Notes under the pieces: generated by a model
Told to the model about the DNA's origin: nothing
Databases searched by the model: none
The model's input: only the letters and a program-made list of their open reading frames with translations
In this document: positions 12,286 through 23,440 of the stretch, piece by piece
Position numbering within the stretch: the stretch's first letter is position 1
Layout of the letters: each line of letters starts with the position of its first letter
Assembly (NCBI GenBank): GCA_011109175.1
Contig: RDEW01000008.1
Location: forward strand, 1,295,600 to 1,358,662
Direction: 5' to 3'
Source of the DNA: Dicyema japonicum
Taxonomy: Eukaryota; Animalia; Dicyemida
DNA length: 63,063 bases
Program-made: the position numbers and the translations under genes

Positions 12286-14548
12286 GAGTGCGGAAAAAAA
12301 GTCAAGTGGAAAAAAAGTCAAGCGGAAAAAAAGTCAAGTCCGTTAACGAAATTACGGACTTGACTTTTTCGAAATTTAGCGCAAAACGAAATTTAGCGCA
12401 AAACGGAAAAAAAGTCAATCTTAACGAATTACGGACTTGACTTTTTTTCCGTTTATAAATTAAGATTTTTATTCATGATCGTTTCATTTTAAAGTAAGCG
12501 AGTTTAGAATAACAAATTATTTAAATAGTTAATTTTGGCTAATGTTAATGAATTAAAATGTCCCGCCACAACTAAAACTACACGTGGTGGAAATAAATTC
12601 TAAAAATAAAACAGATTTTTTCTACTTTTAAAATTTTTTAAAATGTTATAAACATATGATTTTTATTTAACGAGAATCAAGGGATTATTTAATGTGAATC
12701 AAAAGAATATTTAATATTCCATGCAATTGCTTTTAGGGCTTCTCCTACTGTTTTTTTCCGTCCTGGCGATCCAGACATATATTTAAAAGCCTTTTTTGTC
12801 TATCAATCGTTTTTTTATTTGTTCTTGTTGAAATTCTTTTTCCAAAGGAATCCTGGTCAATAATAGTTTTCGTCATTTTTTCTTCTTTTTGGAATGACGA
12901 TATAATATTCCATATCGATGGATGACGATATCCCGTCAAATTGTATAATTTATTGTTCCACCCTTCACAATAGTTATTTGTTCTTTGTTTATTATTGAGT
13001 GTAGCTTCATACACATTCCATAAATTTGGAGGAAACAATGGAGCAATGTGCTGTATTCTAACAGCTAAGGGATTTTCTCGATCATTTAAGCAACGATAAT
13101 AACCGCGAACATATGTTCTATCAAAATAATCTAATATATATTTTGAATCTGGAACATTTTCTGGCATATTATTCATTAGGAATTCTATTCCTTCTTCCAT
13201 ATCTTGAATGGGTAAAAACGCAAGAGCGTCTATCATTGCGCAAAAAATGTTAAAATTAATATTTTCTTTATATTGTTTTACTAGATGCAATTCTTGAATT
13301 TTTCTCCAGGTTGACTGTCTTAGATGATAATAACATCCTCTAATATGTATTCGTCTCCCAAATACTGCAAGGACAGCTCGAAATACCGAATCTTCAAAGT
13401 CTGCCATAATAGTTTCAAGACAAAATTCCAAATTCAAATTATGAATTGCATTTTGAATAGCCTCAAAAAATTCTTCGTAAATCTTTCGTGATTTAGAAGG
13501 TAATATTCCATAAATAACTGTAATTGCACTGGCATTGAACTGAATCCTGATAAAATAGATTTGCTTGAAGATACATGGTGCCATGGAAAATTTCCATCCA
13601 TATACCATGATTTTGAATTCGCCAATAACGTTATATTAGTTTTGGTGCTGAATATCAATATTCTATCGGTTCTTCTATGATTATCATAAATTAAAAAATT
13701 TTCTGAATCTGGACCAAGAGTTAAAGATAAAGACGATGGAATATCTCCGAGATCGAAAATATTTTTTGGAATATGTAGAGACAAGCGTTGATTCCTAAGT
13801 GTTCGCTTGAAAGAATCTGCAGAAGGGAGAATAATTCTGGTTGCTGTTTCACATTCAGACACAACCTTTGAATAGATTTGTAAGGGATTTTCTTGACTCG
13901 TTTTAGCAATAAGTTTTGCTTCGTTGCACAATTTCATCAGTTTTATTTGACTTTCGTCAAATTCGTGATTGTGAGAAATTCCTTCTTTGGGAAATTCGAA
14001 ATTATGATCTGTTCTTAGGCTTCCTCTGCATCCTTGTGAAGATTTTTTTACACATTTAAAAATTATATAGTTTTTTGTCTTCGAGTGCTTTGTATACATA
14101 TAACCCTTAAAACAAATTTTCTTTCCTCCTTTGTTAGTTGATATTATCTCCATTTTGTCTCTTATTTTTTGCGGCAAGCATAATATTTAAAATACGCCTA
14201 ATTATAACCTTAAAATCCGTATATTGATTAAGTCAAAAAGATTAAACCAAAGCGAAAAAAGTTAAGTCAATTTTATTATTACCTTGAAATTCTTAAATTG
14301 ATTTAGTCAAATCGATTATACCAAAGCGGAAAAATTCGAAAATTTATAAGGGAAAAATTTTCAAAAATAAAAAAGAAGTCAAGCGGAAAAAAAGTCAAGT
14401 ATTGAAAAAATTTTTAAAAATTAAAAGATGCTAGTAGTATCACAAAAATGCGATATAAACTAAAAAAGACAACTTGACTTTTTTCCGCTTACGGACTTGA
14501 CTTTTTTTCCGCTTGACTTTTTTCCACTTGACTTTTTTTCCTACAACC
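12286..14548 (-). mobile_element. Mutator-like (MULE; Phantom-type FLYWCH plus DDE) DNA transposon, complete with TIRs and TSD
   Basis: 9-bp direct repeat TAATTTTAG at 12277-12285 and 14549-14557. The ends are inverted copies of each other (GGAAAAAAAGTCAAGTGGAAAAAA(A)GTCAAGCGGAAAAAAAGTCAAGTCC). A transposase lies inside. Confidence 0.92.
12745..14153 (-). pseudogene. MULE transposase, about 469 aa when one frameshift at ~13590 is repaired
   Basis: FLYWCH-like finger (KGYMYTK..FKCVKK..GCRGSL..HNH), first catalytic D in WYMDG, IMADFE, CxxH in GCYYH, and TNNYCEGWNN. The two track ORFs overlap and join with a single -1 shift just after MDG. Confidence 0.88.
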
Positions 14549-14914
14549 TAATTTTAGCCTCTTCCTAAAACTCAAAAAATATAAAAACCTCGATAAATTT
14601 TAGCCTCTTCCTTAAAAAAATCTCAATCTAGTTTGAATTCTGATTAAATAAGGAAAATCATTATTTTTTCTATTGTTTCTTTGTCGAGACTCACTAAAAG
14701 CATTCAGACATGTTATATTTTTTAATTTATAGTTTTTATTATATATAATTTTATAATTATTTGTCGATTTCTAATGAGCTTATTATTAAAAAATTATTTT
14801 TTTGCAATCTGTTATAATTTTTTGGTTGAGGTGGTGACGTCCCTCTATAGCACATATGTCTAATACGTATTTGAATAATCCTTTCTGGTTTCTACCCTTA
14901 CCTTCAATTTCTCA

Positions 14915-15120
14915 GATTGGAACAAGACACGCCAGCAAACGTCGTCATGGAAGAATACTTCGATACGTCAGGGAGAAGTTCAGAGGTCGTCCAAGAATAA
15001 CTCTTCCGGAAGTCCTTAATGGTGACCTGAGATCAGTAACCAGACTACTAAAGGACGGTGAAGACCTTAGTAGTCTGCGGCACTTGGCATCGGACAGGAG
15101 GGGATGGAAAGGCTAATTAA
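14915..15120 (+). mobile_element. RTE-like LINE 3' fragment
   Basis: DTPANVVMEEYFDT followed by KFRGRPRITLPEVLNGDL...LRHLASDRRGWK (RTE C-terminal RGRP...DR..W motif). Confidence 0.65.
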
Positions 15121-15239
15121 GAGGATTGTTCAGACGCGGCACGAATAGAATTATAGTTTATATGATTCTATGTAGTCAGTCCTCATGTGGTTTTTGAGAG
15201 GTTTTCGCGTAGTATTTATTAGGGCGTTTCGCTCCTTTT

Positions 15240-16260
15240 GACTGAATTCGTCATTTCCGGGTGTCCTCTCATCCACTTCGAGATATTTCGATTTGTCTTC
15301 CAGACTTCAAATGTTGACCGATCACGACTTGATGACGTAAGGACCATCTTCCATTTAGCTCTCTGTATTTTGAATCATTGGCTTTTATTTCTTCGTTCAG
15401 CACTTTTAGACGGATCATTTGCTTCGGAGGAACGGATCCCTGCTTTTTGAGACGAATTTCGTTCCTTGACCAGAGCCTTCCTTTCGTACTTCTCGTGTAA
15501 ACGACTTCTTTTTTCCACTGGTAATTTCGCTTTTGATTTTTAGCAGAATAGAGTTATGATCCACTTCGGGTGTCGTACATGACAAACCAATTTATCGTTG
15601 TTGAAAGTTTTGGTGAACAGAGTGTGATATTTGGGGAGGTTGGGTTGTCAGAGTTCCTTTGAGGTGTTCTTGTGTTTTTTTGATGGGTCAATGATGATTA
15701 TCAGATTGCCAGACTGCGTCAACATCAAATTTCTTCTTGTATCTGCAGACTGATTTAACAGCCAGAGAGTGTGTTTGGCTATCAAATCGCTGTATATCAC
15801 GACTTTGTTCCAAATCTCCAGTGCTGATAAGTCCGGCATAGTGTAATGGTTTGGACATGAGCCCGGAGGCAGAATAGACATGTTTACAAAATATAGTCTT
15901 CCTTTGTTGTGCTAACAGATATTCCGATTGTCTCCGTGGCTTCATCACTCCCCAAAAATTTCTTCGCTTAGAGTGTATGGTCCTCATACTTTATGCCTTT
16001 TCTGATAATATACGTAGTCCTTCACGTTTCATAGTGCGATTAGCATGTATTATGTTGCATCCGGAAAAGAGGGGCGTATTATCTTTTGCTGATAGCTTCG
16101 ATTCTTGGATGAGCACGATGTCAGCATTAAGTTTAACAATCAGAGTATTAAGTTCAATAATTTTGTTTTTCATTTCGTTCACATTCAGTTGTATAACGGA
16201 GATCAAGTCCTTTGACTTGTGTAGGTTTCGAATCCGAAAAGCTCTAGCCAGACCAATAAA
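15240..16260 (-). mobile_element. Decayed LINE APE endonuclease region
   Basis: SVIQLNVNEMKNKIIELNTLIVKLNADIVLIQESKL and VVIYSDL.AKH.LW are EEP/APE motifs. The paralog is at 30135-31140. Confidence 0.75.
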
Positions 16261-16506
16261 TAATCCGTCGACCGGGGGCGACATGTACCCGCAATGGAAG
16301 AGAGCTAATAACTTTTTTTGAAAATGCTTTAGGAGCATTTTGAGCGCCTCCAGAGTTGTTGCATCCGGTGAGCCACAAGACGTCATTCTAAAATCTAGTC
16401 AAAGTGGAAAAATTACACAAAAATGACCTACATTAGTTAATTTATTTCTGACGTTAATCTCATTATTTTTTTTAACTTTACCATTTTCGATCGTTCAGTC
16501 ACAGTC

Positions 16507-17526
16507 ATGAGGATATTAAATCGTAAATTCTGGCTTGTAATTCTATTTGTATTAGTTCTACTTGTATTGAAGATCTCATAAATATATAAAACTAAAAAAA
16601 GGTCCTCAGTTGTCTTTCTAAAAACTAATAAATGTGCGAGTAGTTCAATCGTCAACATTCTCGACCGATATGCTCGTAGTCATAATTTGAAAGTAGCTGT
16701 GCCATTGATTTAAGGAACTGAATTTAGTAAAAAACGATCATTTTTTAATGCAAAAAATGTCAGGAATGTGGAAATGAAATCCTTTGATATGCTATTCTTT
16801 CTTACAAGATTTAACAAAACAAGTATTCAGGAAGTTGTAAAACCAAATGCATTTTTTTTACAATTTTGAGGAATCCCTTTCGTCAATCTATTTCATTTTA
16901 TAAATATTACCGAAAATCAAAAAAACTTGAAATATCGGAATTTTTCAAAAATCCAGAATTTTATTATCGAATCCAAATAGATGATAGAATGAGGAAACCA
17001 TGTCATATATGCTTGGATTTAACTCACGTTATGGTTATTCACAGAAAGACATTGATGAATTTCTATTGGGAGTAAAAAGAAGCTTTAATTTGATATTGAC
17101 TGCTGATTTCTTTGACTTATCTCTCCTTCTAAAAAAGTACCTTCACTGGGAGATCCAAGATTTGATATCATTTCAGATAAATGCACAAAAATCCCCAAAG
17201 TTAATGAAACCTTAAAGGAATTAATTTTAAAATGGAACGATGTTGACTTTGCGTTGTATGAATTTTTCCTTAAAGACTTTCGGACTGAAATTTCAAAAAT
17301 TAATGAAAAAGAATTAAATGATGATTTAGATAAAATAAAAAGCAAAAGAGAGGAACTATACAAAATTGTGTACTAAAGGAAACTATGATAACAACCTTCT
17401 AGGGAAATTCAGTAAAGTTTTGTAGATAACACATATGGATTTGTTTTAACTAAATATGGAGAAAACAGTGAAATTTGTCAACGACTGGTTATGACTGATT
17501 TTGGAATTCGGTTGAGTTATGATTGA
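16507..17526 (+). pseudogene. GAL3ST: Galactose-3-O-sulfotransferase (GAL3ST family) pseudogene, full length
   Basis: Type II anchor MRILNRKFWLVILFVLVLLVLKIS*, PAPS-binding VFLKTNKCASSSIVNILDRYARSHNL, TILRNPFRQSISFYKYY, SFNLILTADFFDLSLLL, WNDVDFALYEFF and C-terminal YGFVL..CQRLVM. Several stops and frameshifts. Confidence 0.85.
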
Positions 17527-17637
17527 TTATATTTTTTGTTAAAGGAAGTGTTTTCATTGGGGAAATTGTAAAAACCTACTATCTATAGACACTGTTCTTT
17601 CAATATTTCCATATTTCCATCAGATTGATAACCAGGT

Positions 17638-18212
17638 ACTTTTTTTTACTTCTAATAGAAATTCATATATGTCTTTCTGTGAATAACCATAACGTGAGTT
17701 AAATCCAAGCATTATATGACATTGGGTTCCTCATTCTATCATCTATTTGGATTCGATAATAAAATTCTGGATTTTTGAAAAATTCCGATATTTCAAGTTT
17801 TTTTGATTTTCGGTAATATTTATAAAATGAAATAGATTGACGAAAGGGATTTCTCAAAATTGTAAAAAAAATGCATTTGGTTTTACAACTTCCTGAATAC
17901 TTGTTTTGTTAAATCTTGTATGAAAGAATAACATATCAATGGTTTCATTTCCACATTCCTGACATTTTTTGCATTAAAAAATGATGTTTTTTACCAAAAT
18001 TAGTTCCATCATTCGATGGCACAGCTATTTTCAAATTATGATGATGATCAATCGTTCGAGAATGTTGACGATTGAACTGCTCCCACATTTTATATTTTTT
18101 AAAAAGACAATTGAGGACCTTTTTTTAGTTTTATATATTTCTGAGAGCTTCAATACAAGTAGAACTAATAAAAATAGAATTACAAGCCAGAATATAGATT
18201 TAATATCATCAT
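17638..18212 (-). pseudogene. GAL3ST: Inverted, 3'-truncated second copy of the GAL3ST-like gene
   Basis: 17638-18240 is the reverse complement of about 16472-17082. It is frameshifted shortly after the ATG at 18212. Confidence 0.85.
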
Positions 18213-19029
18213 GACTGTGACTGAACGATCGAAAATGGAACCATAAATTTATTAACTGTTAACATGGATGAACGAATTTGGCTTTGGGCTCTTAGTGACT
18301 ACATTATTCATGAAGAATTTCAATTACGCACGCGATGTTGGACCTATGGCATGCTTCAGAATCATTTACATAGAAGAAATCATAGATGGAAATCTCTGTG
18401 ATCCGAAAATCAACAGGATTGTAAACCTTCTATATGGTAAGCCCTGCACATTATTTTTCGGGCAACATTCCTTCATGTTTATGACTGGGGTAAAAGGTGA
18501 CCCCCTCCGCCCCTACCCTTCGCATTCATATGTACTTTATTTCATCATCTTTCAAAGATTTGATCAATTTGTGGTATCTGTACTATGTCATCATCGGATA
18601 GAACTGGGAAACTGTGGTGGCAGACGCTTCAATCAAACAAACCTCCTCCCAAATATTTCAATCACCGAAACTACAACTGCGATTTTGTACCGCTTTCTGA
18701 TATATAACAAAAATAACATTTTGGGACAACTCCATCCCAAATCAAAACCACGGGAATTATCTTAACCTGACATAGGGATTCGAGAGCTCTCCTGCAGCAA
18801 CCATCATCTAGTGACAATTCTCAACTGGTCTGAGTAGATCCTGTGTAGTAATAGACAATTTAATTTGAGTTATCCTATTTTTAATTTATAAAACAAAAAA
18901 TTATTGTTCAGACTTCTGAGCAACACATCCCCTACAGCCATACCCTCAAGAGTTCTTTTTATTTCAGTGGTAGGAATATATGCCTATCAAGTGCCATCCA
19001 CTATGAGGCAAACCCGTATATTCTTCACA

Positions 19030-19385
19030 TTTATTAGATTTGGGAGTGTACTTTTGTCGTAAAAAGTCGACTGATTCGATGAAACGGCCATCTTTCTGTT
19101 CTTGTGCAAATCGGCATAGAAGGGTATCCGGCAGCGACTGATTCCAATAGTTAGCGTTATCAACTATTTAGTTCGTTAGTATCACCTTTTCTGACTGATT
19201 CCGGCATAGAAAGGTGTCCGGCAGCAACCGATTCCGAATAGAAGAGACGACGTACAGACTCTTAGCAGAAACTCGACATTCCTGTTGTCCTTCCTCTCCT
19301 CGTATAATGAACATCAGATTTTTAAAGATCTCATAATTCTCTCTGATTATTAGATTTGTGGTTGTACTTTTGTCGTAAAAAGTAT
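19030..19385 (+). repeat. Nested short direct repeats
   Basis: TATTAGATTTG.G..GTACTTTTGTCGTAAAAAGT occurs at ~19032 and ~19348. CGGCATAGAA.GGT.TCCGGCAGC.AC.GATTCC occurs at ~19112 and ~19202. Confidence 0.7.
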
Positions 19386-19440
19386 GAATTTAGATTATAC
19401 GACAAATAAATTAATATTCGCACTTTCCGAAGAGCCATAT

Positions 19441-19695
19441 CAGTTATCGCTCCCCACATACACTTTATTTTAAGAAAAGAAGTTAAAATTGCTAATCGAG
19501 GAAGGATCAAGGAATACTCTTTACTTCTTTATTTTCTTTTTCTTGGGTGTATGTCCTTTATACACTATCCAGTTCAGCAGTGAATGTCCACTGATGACGG
19601 CGTCACTCGTCAAGCCCTTTTAGCATCGTAGATGCGTGGAACCTTCCACAAGGTGAACATCATCGAGAATCGAACCCGTAACCGACTCCCATCCA
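19441..19695 (-). mobile_element. tRNA-derived SINE, near full-length
   Basis: The reverse complement contains GGTTCGATTCTC, GGTTCCACGCATCTACGATGC, TTGACGAGTGACGCCGTCATCAGTG and the family tail. Confidence 0.85.
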
Positions 19696-19807
19696 GAAAG
19701 TACTTCAGGTAAATCATGTTCTGGTTGAAATTTATCGAAATTTCTGGTATCAGTGGAGATTTAATCTAAAACTCACATGAATCACTACAATTGGGGGTAA
19801 ACTATTC

Positions 19808-21110
19808 TTAAGTTTTTAAGAAGACAGCTTTTGCATCAAATCCCTGAAACATCTGAAATATAAAAGAGAGAATATACGGATGTGTTTTAATCTCATCAAT
19901 ATTATTTTTAGTAAATCTAAGACGTTCAAAAAGTGAGTGTTTACATACTGAGAACTCGTTAGCCAACAAATCGGGTATAGTCAATGGAGGCGCCCCTTTA
20001 AAGATCTGTTTGTACATTAATAATGGATCTTTGTCAACAAATGGGAGACTGTAGTGAGTAAATAAGATTACCATTCACTTAGTGACTCAAATATAAGTAC
20101 CCCAAAGACCTATAATCTACAGCATTCATGTACTTTGTTGAGGATTATTTCAGAGGTTACATATTCAGGAGTACCATAGAATGTCCATGTTTTATAGACT
20201 TTAGAAGTCTCTTAGCAAATCCAAAGTCATCCTAAAATAAGAGGAAATTAACCATTTTAATGTATCCCTGTCAGTCAATCATTAGGTTTTCAACTTAATG
20301 TCTCTGTAGACGATACCATCAGTGTGCAGGTACCCAATGGCCATTATAACACTTCCCAAAGAAAATCTGGTTGTCTCCTCGAAGAAATGCTTCCTAAATT
20401 ATGTAAAAGAGTGACATGTTTCGTAATATAACTCATGGTTGTCCTCCAAAGTGACCTTCACTAGTAAATAGACATATCGTGAATCTCAAAATGTAGTTAA
20501 TAATATAATCACTTATTTTTTTTTTAAATTTAATTTTTTGGCTTAATAAATTTAAAATTATATGGGGATTATTACATAACAATATTATGTCTTTTCCTGT
20601 ATAATATGCAGTTCTTGGTGGGAGTTTACTATATGACACTTTGATACAAATTTTGATGTCCTAACTTGAACTTTTCCTTTATTATTTTATTATTAGTTCT
20701 ATACGACCGAATCCTCCTACTCCTAGAGTTTTTAATATTTTCATATCCTTTAATCCCACTCCAGCCAAACTGGTAAGATTCAATATTACTAAAGTAGCGC
20801 CTGTTCTCCGTACCTTTATTCAATTCCCTTATTGACTTTATTAGAGTGTTCACCTCCTACAAAACTTTCACCTAATAGTCACTTATTAATCCACCTTTCC
20901 ACAGACCACTATGAAAAATGTGCCCCAATCTCCCATGTTTAACAATTACGCCTCCTTGTTTGTATGATTCCTACACTAAAATGACCATTGATCTGTTCCA
21001 GAGCACCAGAAATCATCGAGTTTCTCTTTTTTGACACCCTTGAAAAAAGGACACTGACATATAGCAAAAAATACCTCGACAGGAATTATAGCCGTTTATC
21101 GATCACACTT
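19808..21110 (-). pseudogene. PRKG1: cGMP-dependent protein kinase (PKG) pseudogene retaining micro-introns
   Basis: cNMP-domain remnant GTFFIVVCGKV; LKDMKILKTLGVGGFGRIEL; GYLHTDGIVYRDIK; DFGFAK; KTWTFYGTPEYVTSEIILNK; LPFVDKDPLLMYKQI. TLGVGGFGR and KTWTF.GTPEYV..EIILNK are PKG-type rather than PKA-type. GT-AG introns at 21054-21074, 20394-20415, 20232-20252, 20049-20071 and 19853-19877. Multiple stops and frameshifts. Confidence 0.88.
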
Positions 21111-21394
21111 CCACTTCCAAAAAACACAAGTCGTGTGCCCGATGAGTCCAAGATTTCCAAAGTTCATCTATTAAATTAATAAACTCAGTACCTTTTATTA
21201 TGAAAACTCAATGTCTGACTATCCCTCGCGAATTAACTCTAAAGTCCATAAAGAAGTGTTGCGAATACATAAGGGAATATCAGCGAGATAAAGTAACTTG
21301 GCCAGCATGAAGAACACGCTGCAACAAATTTACTATGCAAATATTAATCAAATTTTAATAAATATAATTTTATTTATTTTTAAATTTAAATTAA

Positions 21395-23440
21395 TGGTGA
21401 TTCTTCCAGAGGAAATGCGTGGAATGTCCCGTACAGCGCCGCTCCTTTCTTGGTGGAATCTTGCGGAATTTTCGATTTTCGCAAGAAATTTGAGGCGGTA
21501 GTGAGACATCTCCCTGATTGGAAAACGACCGTGGTCGATAAAGTTTATAATTTCTTTATCAAAAGATACACTTCATTACACGAGTCTATGTGTCGTGTAT
21601 TACAGAAAAGCATTACTAACCCGGAAGCGATTCCTGATTGGGCATGCACAGGGACAACTTGTTTGATCCCAAAGCTGGACAACCCCCAGTCTGCTGCAGA
21701 TTATCGACCGATAACCTGCATGCCAACCCTGTATAAGCTAATGACCAAATTGGTGGCTAATGAGGTCAGGAGCTTTGTAGACGCAAATAGGATTCTCTCC
21801 GAGAATCAGTTGGGAACTGTGCGAAATTGTCAGGGGGCAAAAGAGCAGGCTTTGATCAACAAGTGCCTTTCTGTGTCTCACGGAAACTCACTTTTGTCTA
21901 TGTGGGTGGATGTGAAGAAGGCTTACGATTCAGTTGATCATTCTTACCTTGTCGAGTGCCTACACAGTCTGTGTATGCCTGTGTGGTTCATCAGCTTTGT
22001 AGTGGCTGTGATGAATAGGTGGAGTATTCATCTGAACTATAATAGGCACCGGATAGGCGAGGTAAAACTCAAGAGGGGGATCCTTCAGGGGGATAGCATG
22101 TCTCCGCTGCTCTTTGTTCTCTGTTTGGAGCCATTGAGTCGCCGCCTCAATGACCGGTTTGAGCAAATACCAGTTCATTGTGAAGGGGTCTGTTTCAGTA
22201 CAAATCACCTTCTTTTTATCGATGACTGAAGATGTATGCTCGAACAGCCGAGGAGCTCTACTCCATGGGGGTCTGTGCCAGGGAATTCTTTGAGAGTATA
22301 GGGCTAGATTTGAATTATTCAAAGTCTGCGACTAACACGCAAGTATGTAGCGAGTTAGTAAGAGTCCTAGAGGAACACGAAGGATATAAGTATCTGGGTG
22401 TTACCGAATCTCCAAAGTCCCTTATAATGCCTGAGACAAAGCGACAAATTACTGAAGGCATCCGTAAAAGAGCAGCGTTATTGTGTAAGACGTCTCTAAA
22501 TGCAAGGAATTTGTTCCTAGCATTAAATGAGTATGCTGTCTCGCTGCTAAACTACTACATAGGTGTTGTGGAGTTTGAGCCCAAAGAGTATGATGAGATG
22601 GATGTTATGATCCGTGGAGTACTCAGAGAGAACCATGTCCATGTGTTGGCAGCCAATAAGGAGAGACTATATTTACCCCGTGATAAATTCGGCCGTGGAC
22701 TGTGTGGAGTAGTCCAACTAAGTGAGCGTATCCTAATGCGAATGCACGACACCCTGATAGCTGGGTCAAGTGTGTCTGCTAGGAAGCACGCCATAATAAC
22801 GACCGAGAAAACACGGGCAACCCACCTAGGCACTATCAGACCTTTTTTGTCTGCTAAGTATGGTGTTGATGATGGTGGGCTAGTAAATGTGAAGGCGTTG
22901 ATCGAATTACAATATAATAATTTGATGGAAAAGATCAACTTAAAAAGCCTTCATAAGGTCCTCTTCAGAGCATTGGACAACCCACATGTCGACCTTAAGT
23001 CGTCGACAATATGGCTAAAATACGGTGACAACTCACCTCGATCGGAGGCGTTGTACACGTATATGCAAGACCGCAATATTTTTTGGGGTCGATCAACAAA
23101 TACATGTCCCCACTGTAAGTCAAGGAGCATGTCGGTTGATCATTTAGCCACTCGATGTGGATCCATGCTCTACGACTATGTGTGGAGGCATAACGATGTA
23201 AGGGTCTTCATCTTCTACTATGCAATAAGTATGGTATTCGCCACACCAGAAAGTTGGGGACTCATAAGGTGCAATCTGTAGTAGAGAACACCAGGGTCCA
23301 AATTAAGGTAGACAGTGTTATCCGTACCTCGGTGCTAGTCAAGCACAATAAACCGGACATTGTGGTACACGATAAGGAGTCTGGCCAAGTCCTTATCATA
23401 GAACTTGGCATCACGTCTCAAGACCGTTTGCAGACTGTGA
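21395..23440 (+). mobile_element. Young R4/Dong-like non-LTR retrotransposon fragment (RT, CCHC and restriction-like endonuclease), two frameshifts
   Basis: YRPITCMPTLYKL, ENQLG, WVDVKKAYDSVDH, RGILQGDSMSPLLF, HLLFIDD (frameshift), GYKYLG, CPHCK..SVDHLATRC, and KPDIVVHDKE..LIIELGIT (PD-(D/E)xK). Frameshifts at ~22228 and ~23205. GC is visibly higher than the flanks. Confidence 0.9.

Larger units (their letters stand above)
14558..16927 (+). repeat. Segmental duplication copy 1 (paralog at 29484-31805)
   Basis: Colinear match over the AT-rich flank, the LINE endonuclease remnant and the 5' part of the sulfotransferase, e.g. the shared TTTCTAATGAGCTTATTATTAAAAAATTATTTTTTTGCAATCTGTTATA. Confidence 0.9.

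Noticed and set aside
18268-18765. 165-aa ORF as a real gene
   Set aside because: No recognisable motif. The distal half looks like decayed LINE sequence, and it begins at the edge of the inverted duplication.
21960-22938. Antisense ORFs (120 aa and 127 aa) inside the retroelement
   Set aside because: These are shadow frames of a GC-richer coding strand with no independent motif. The same applies to 61663-62061, 6950-7288 and 15977-16321.
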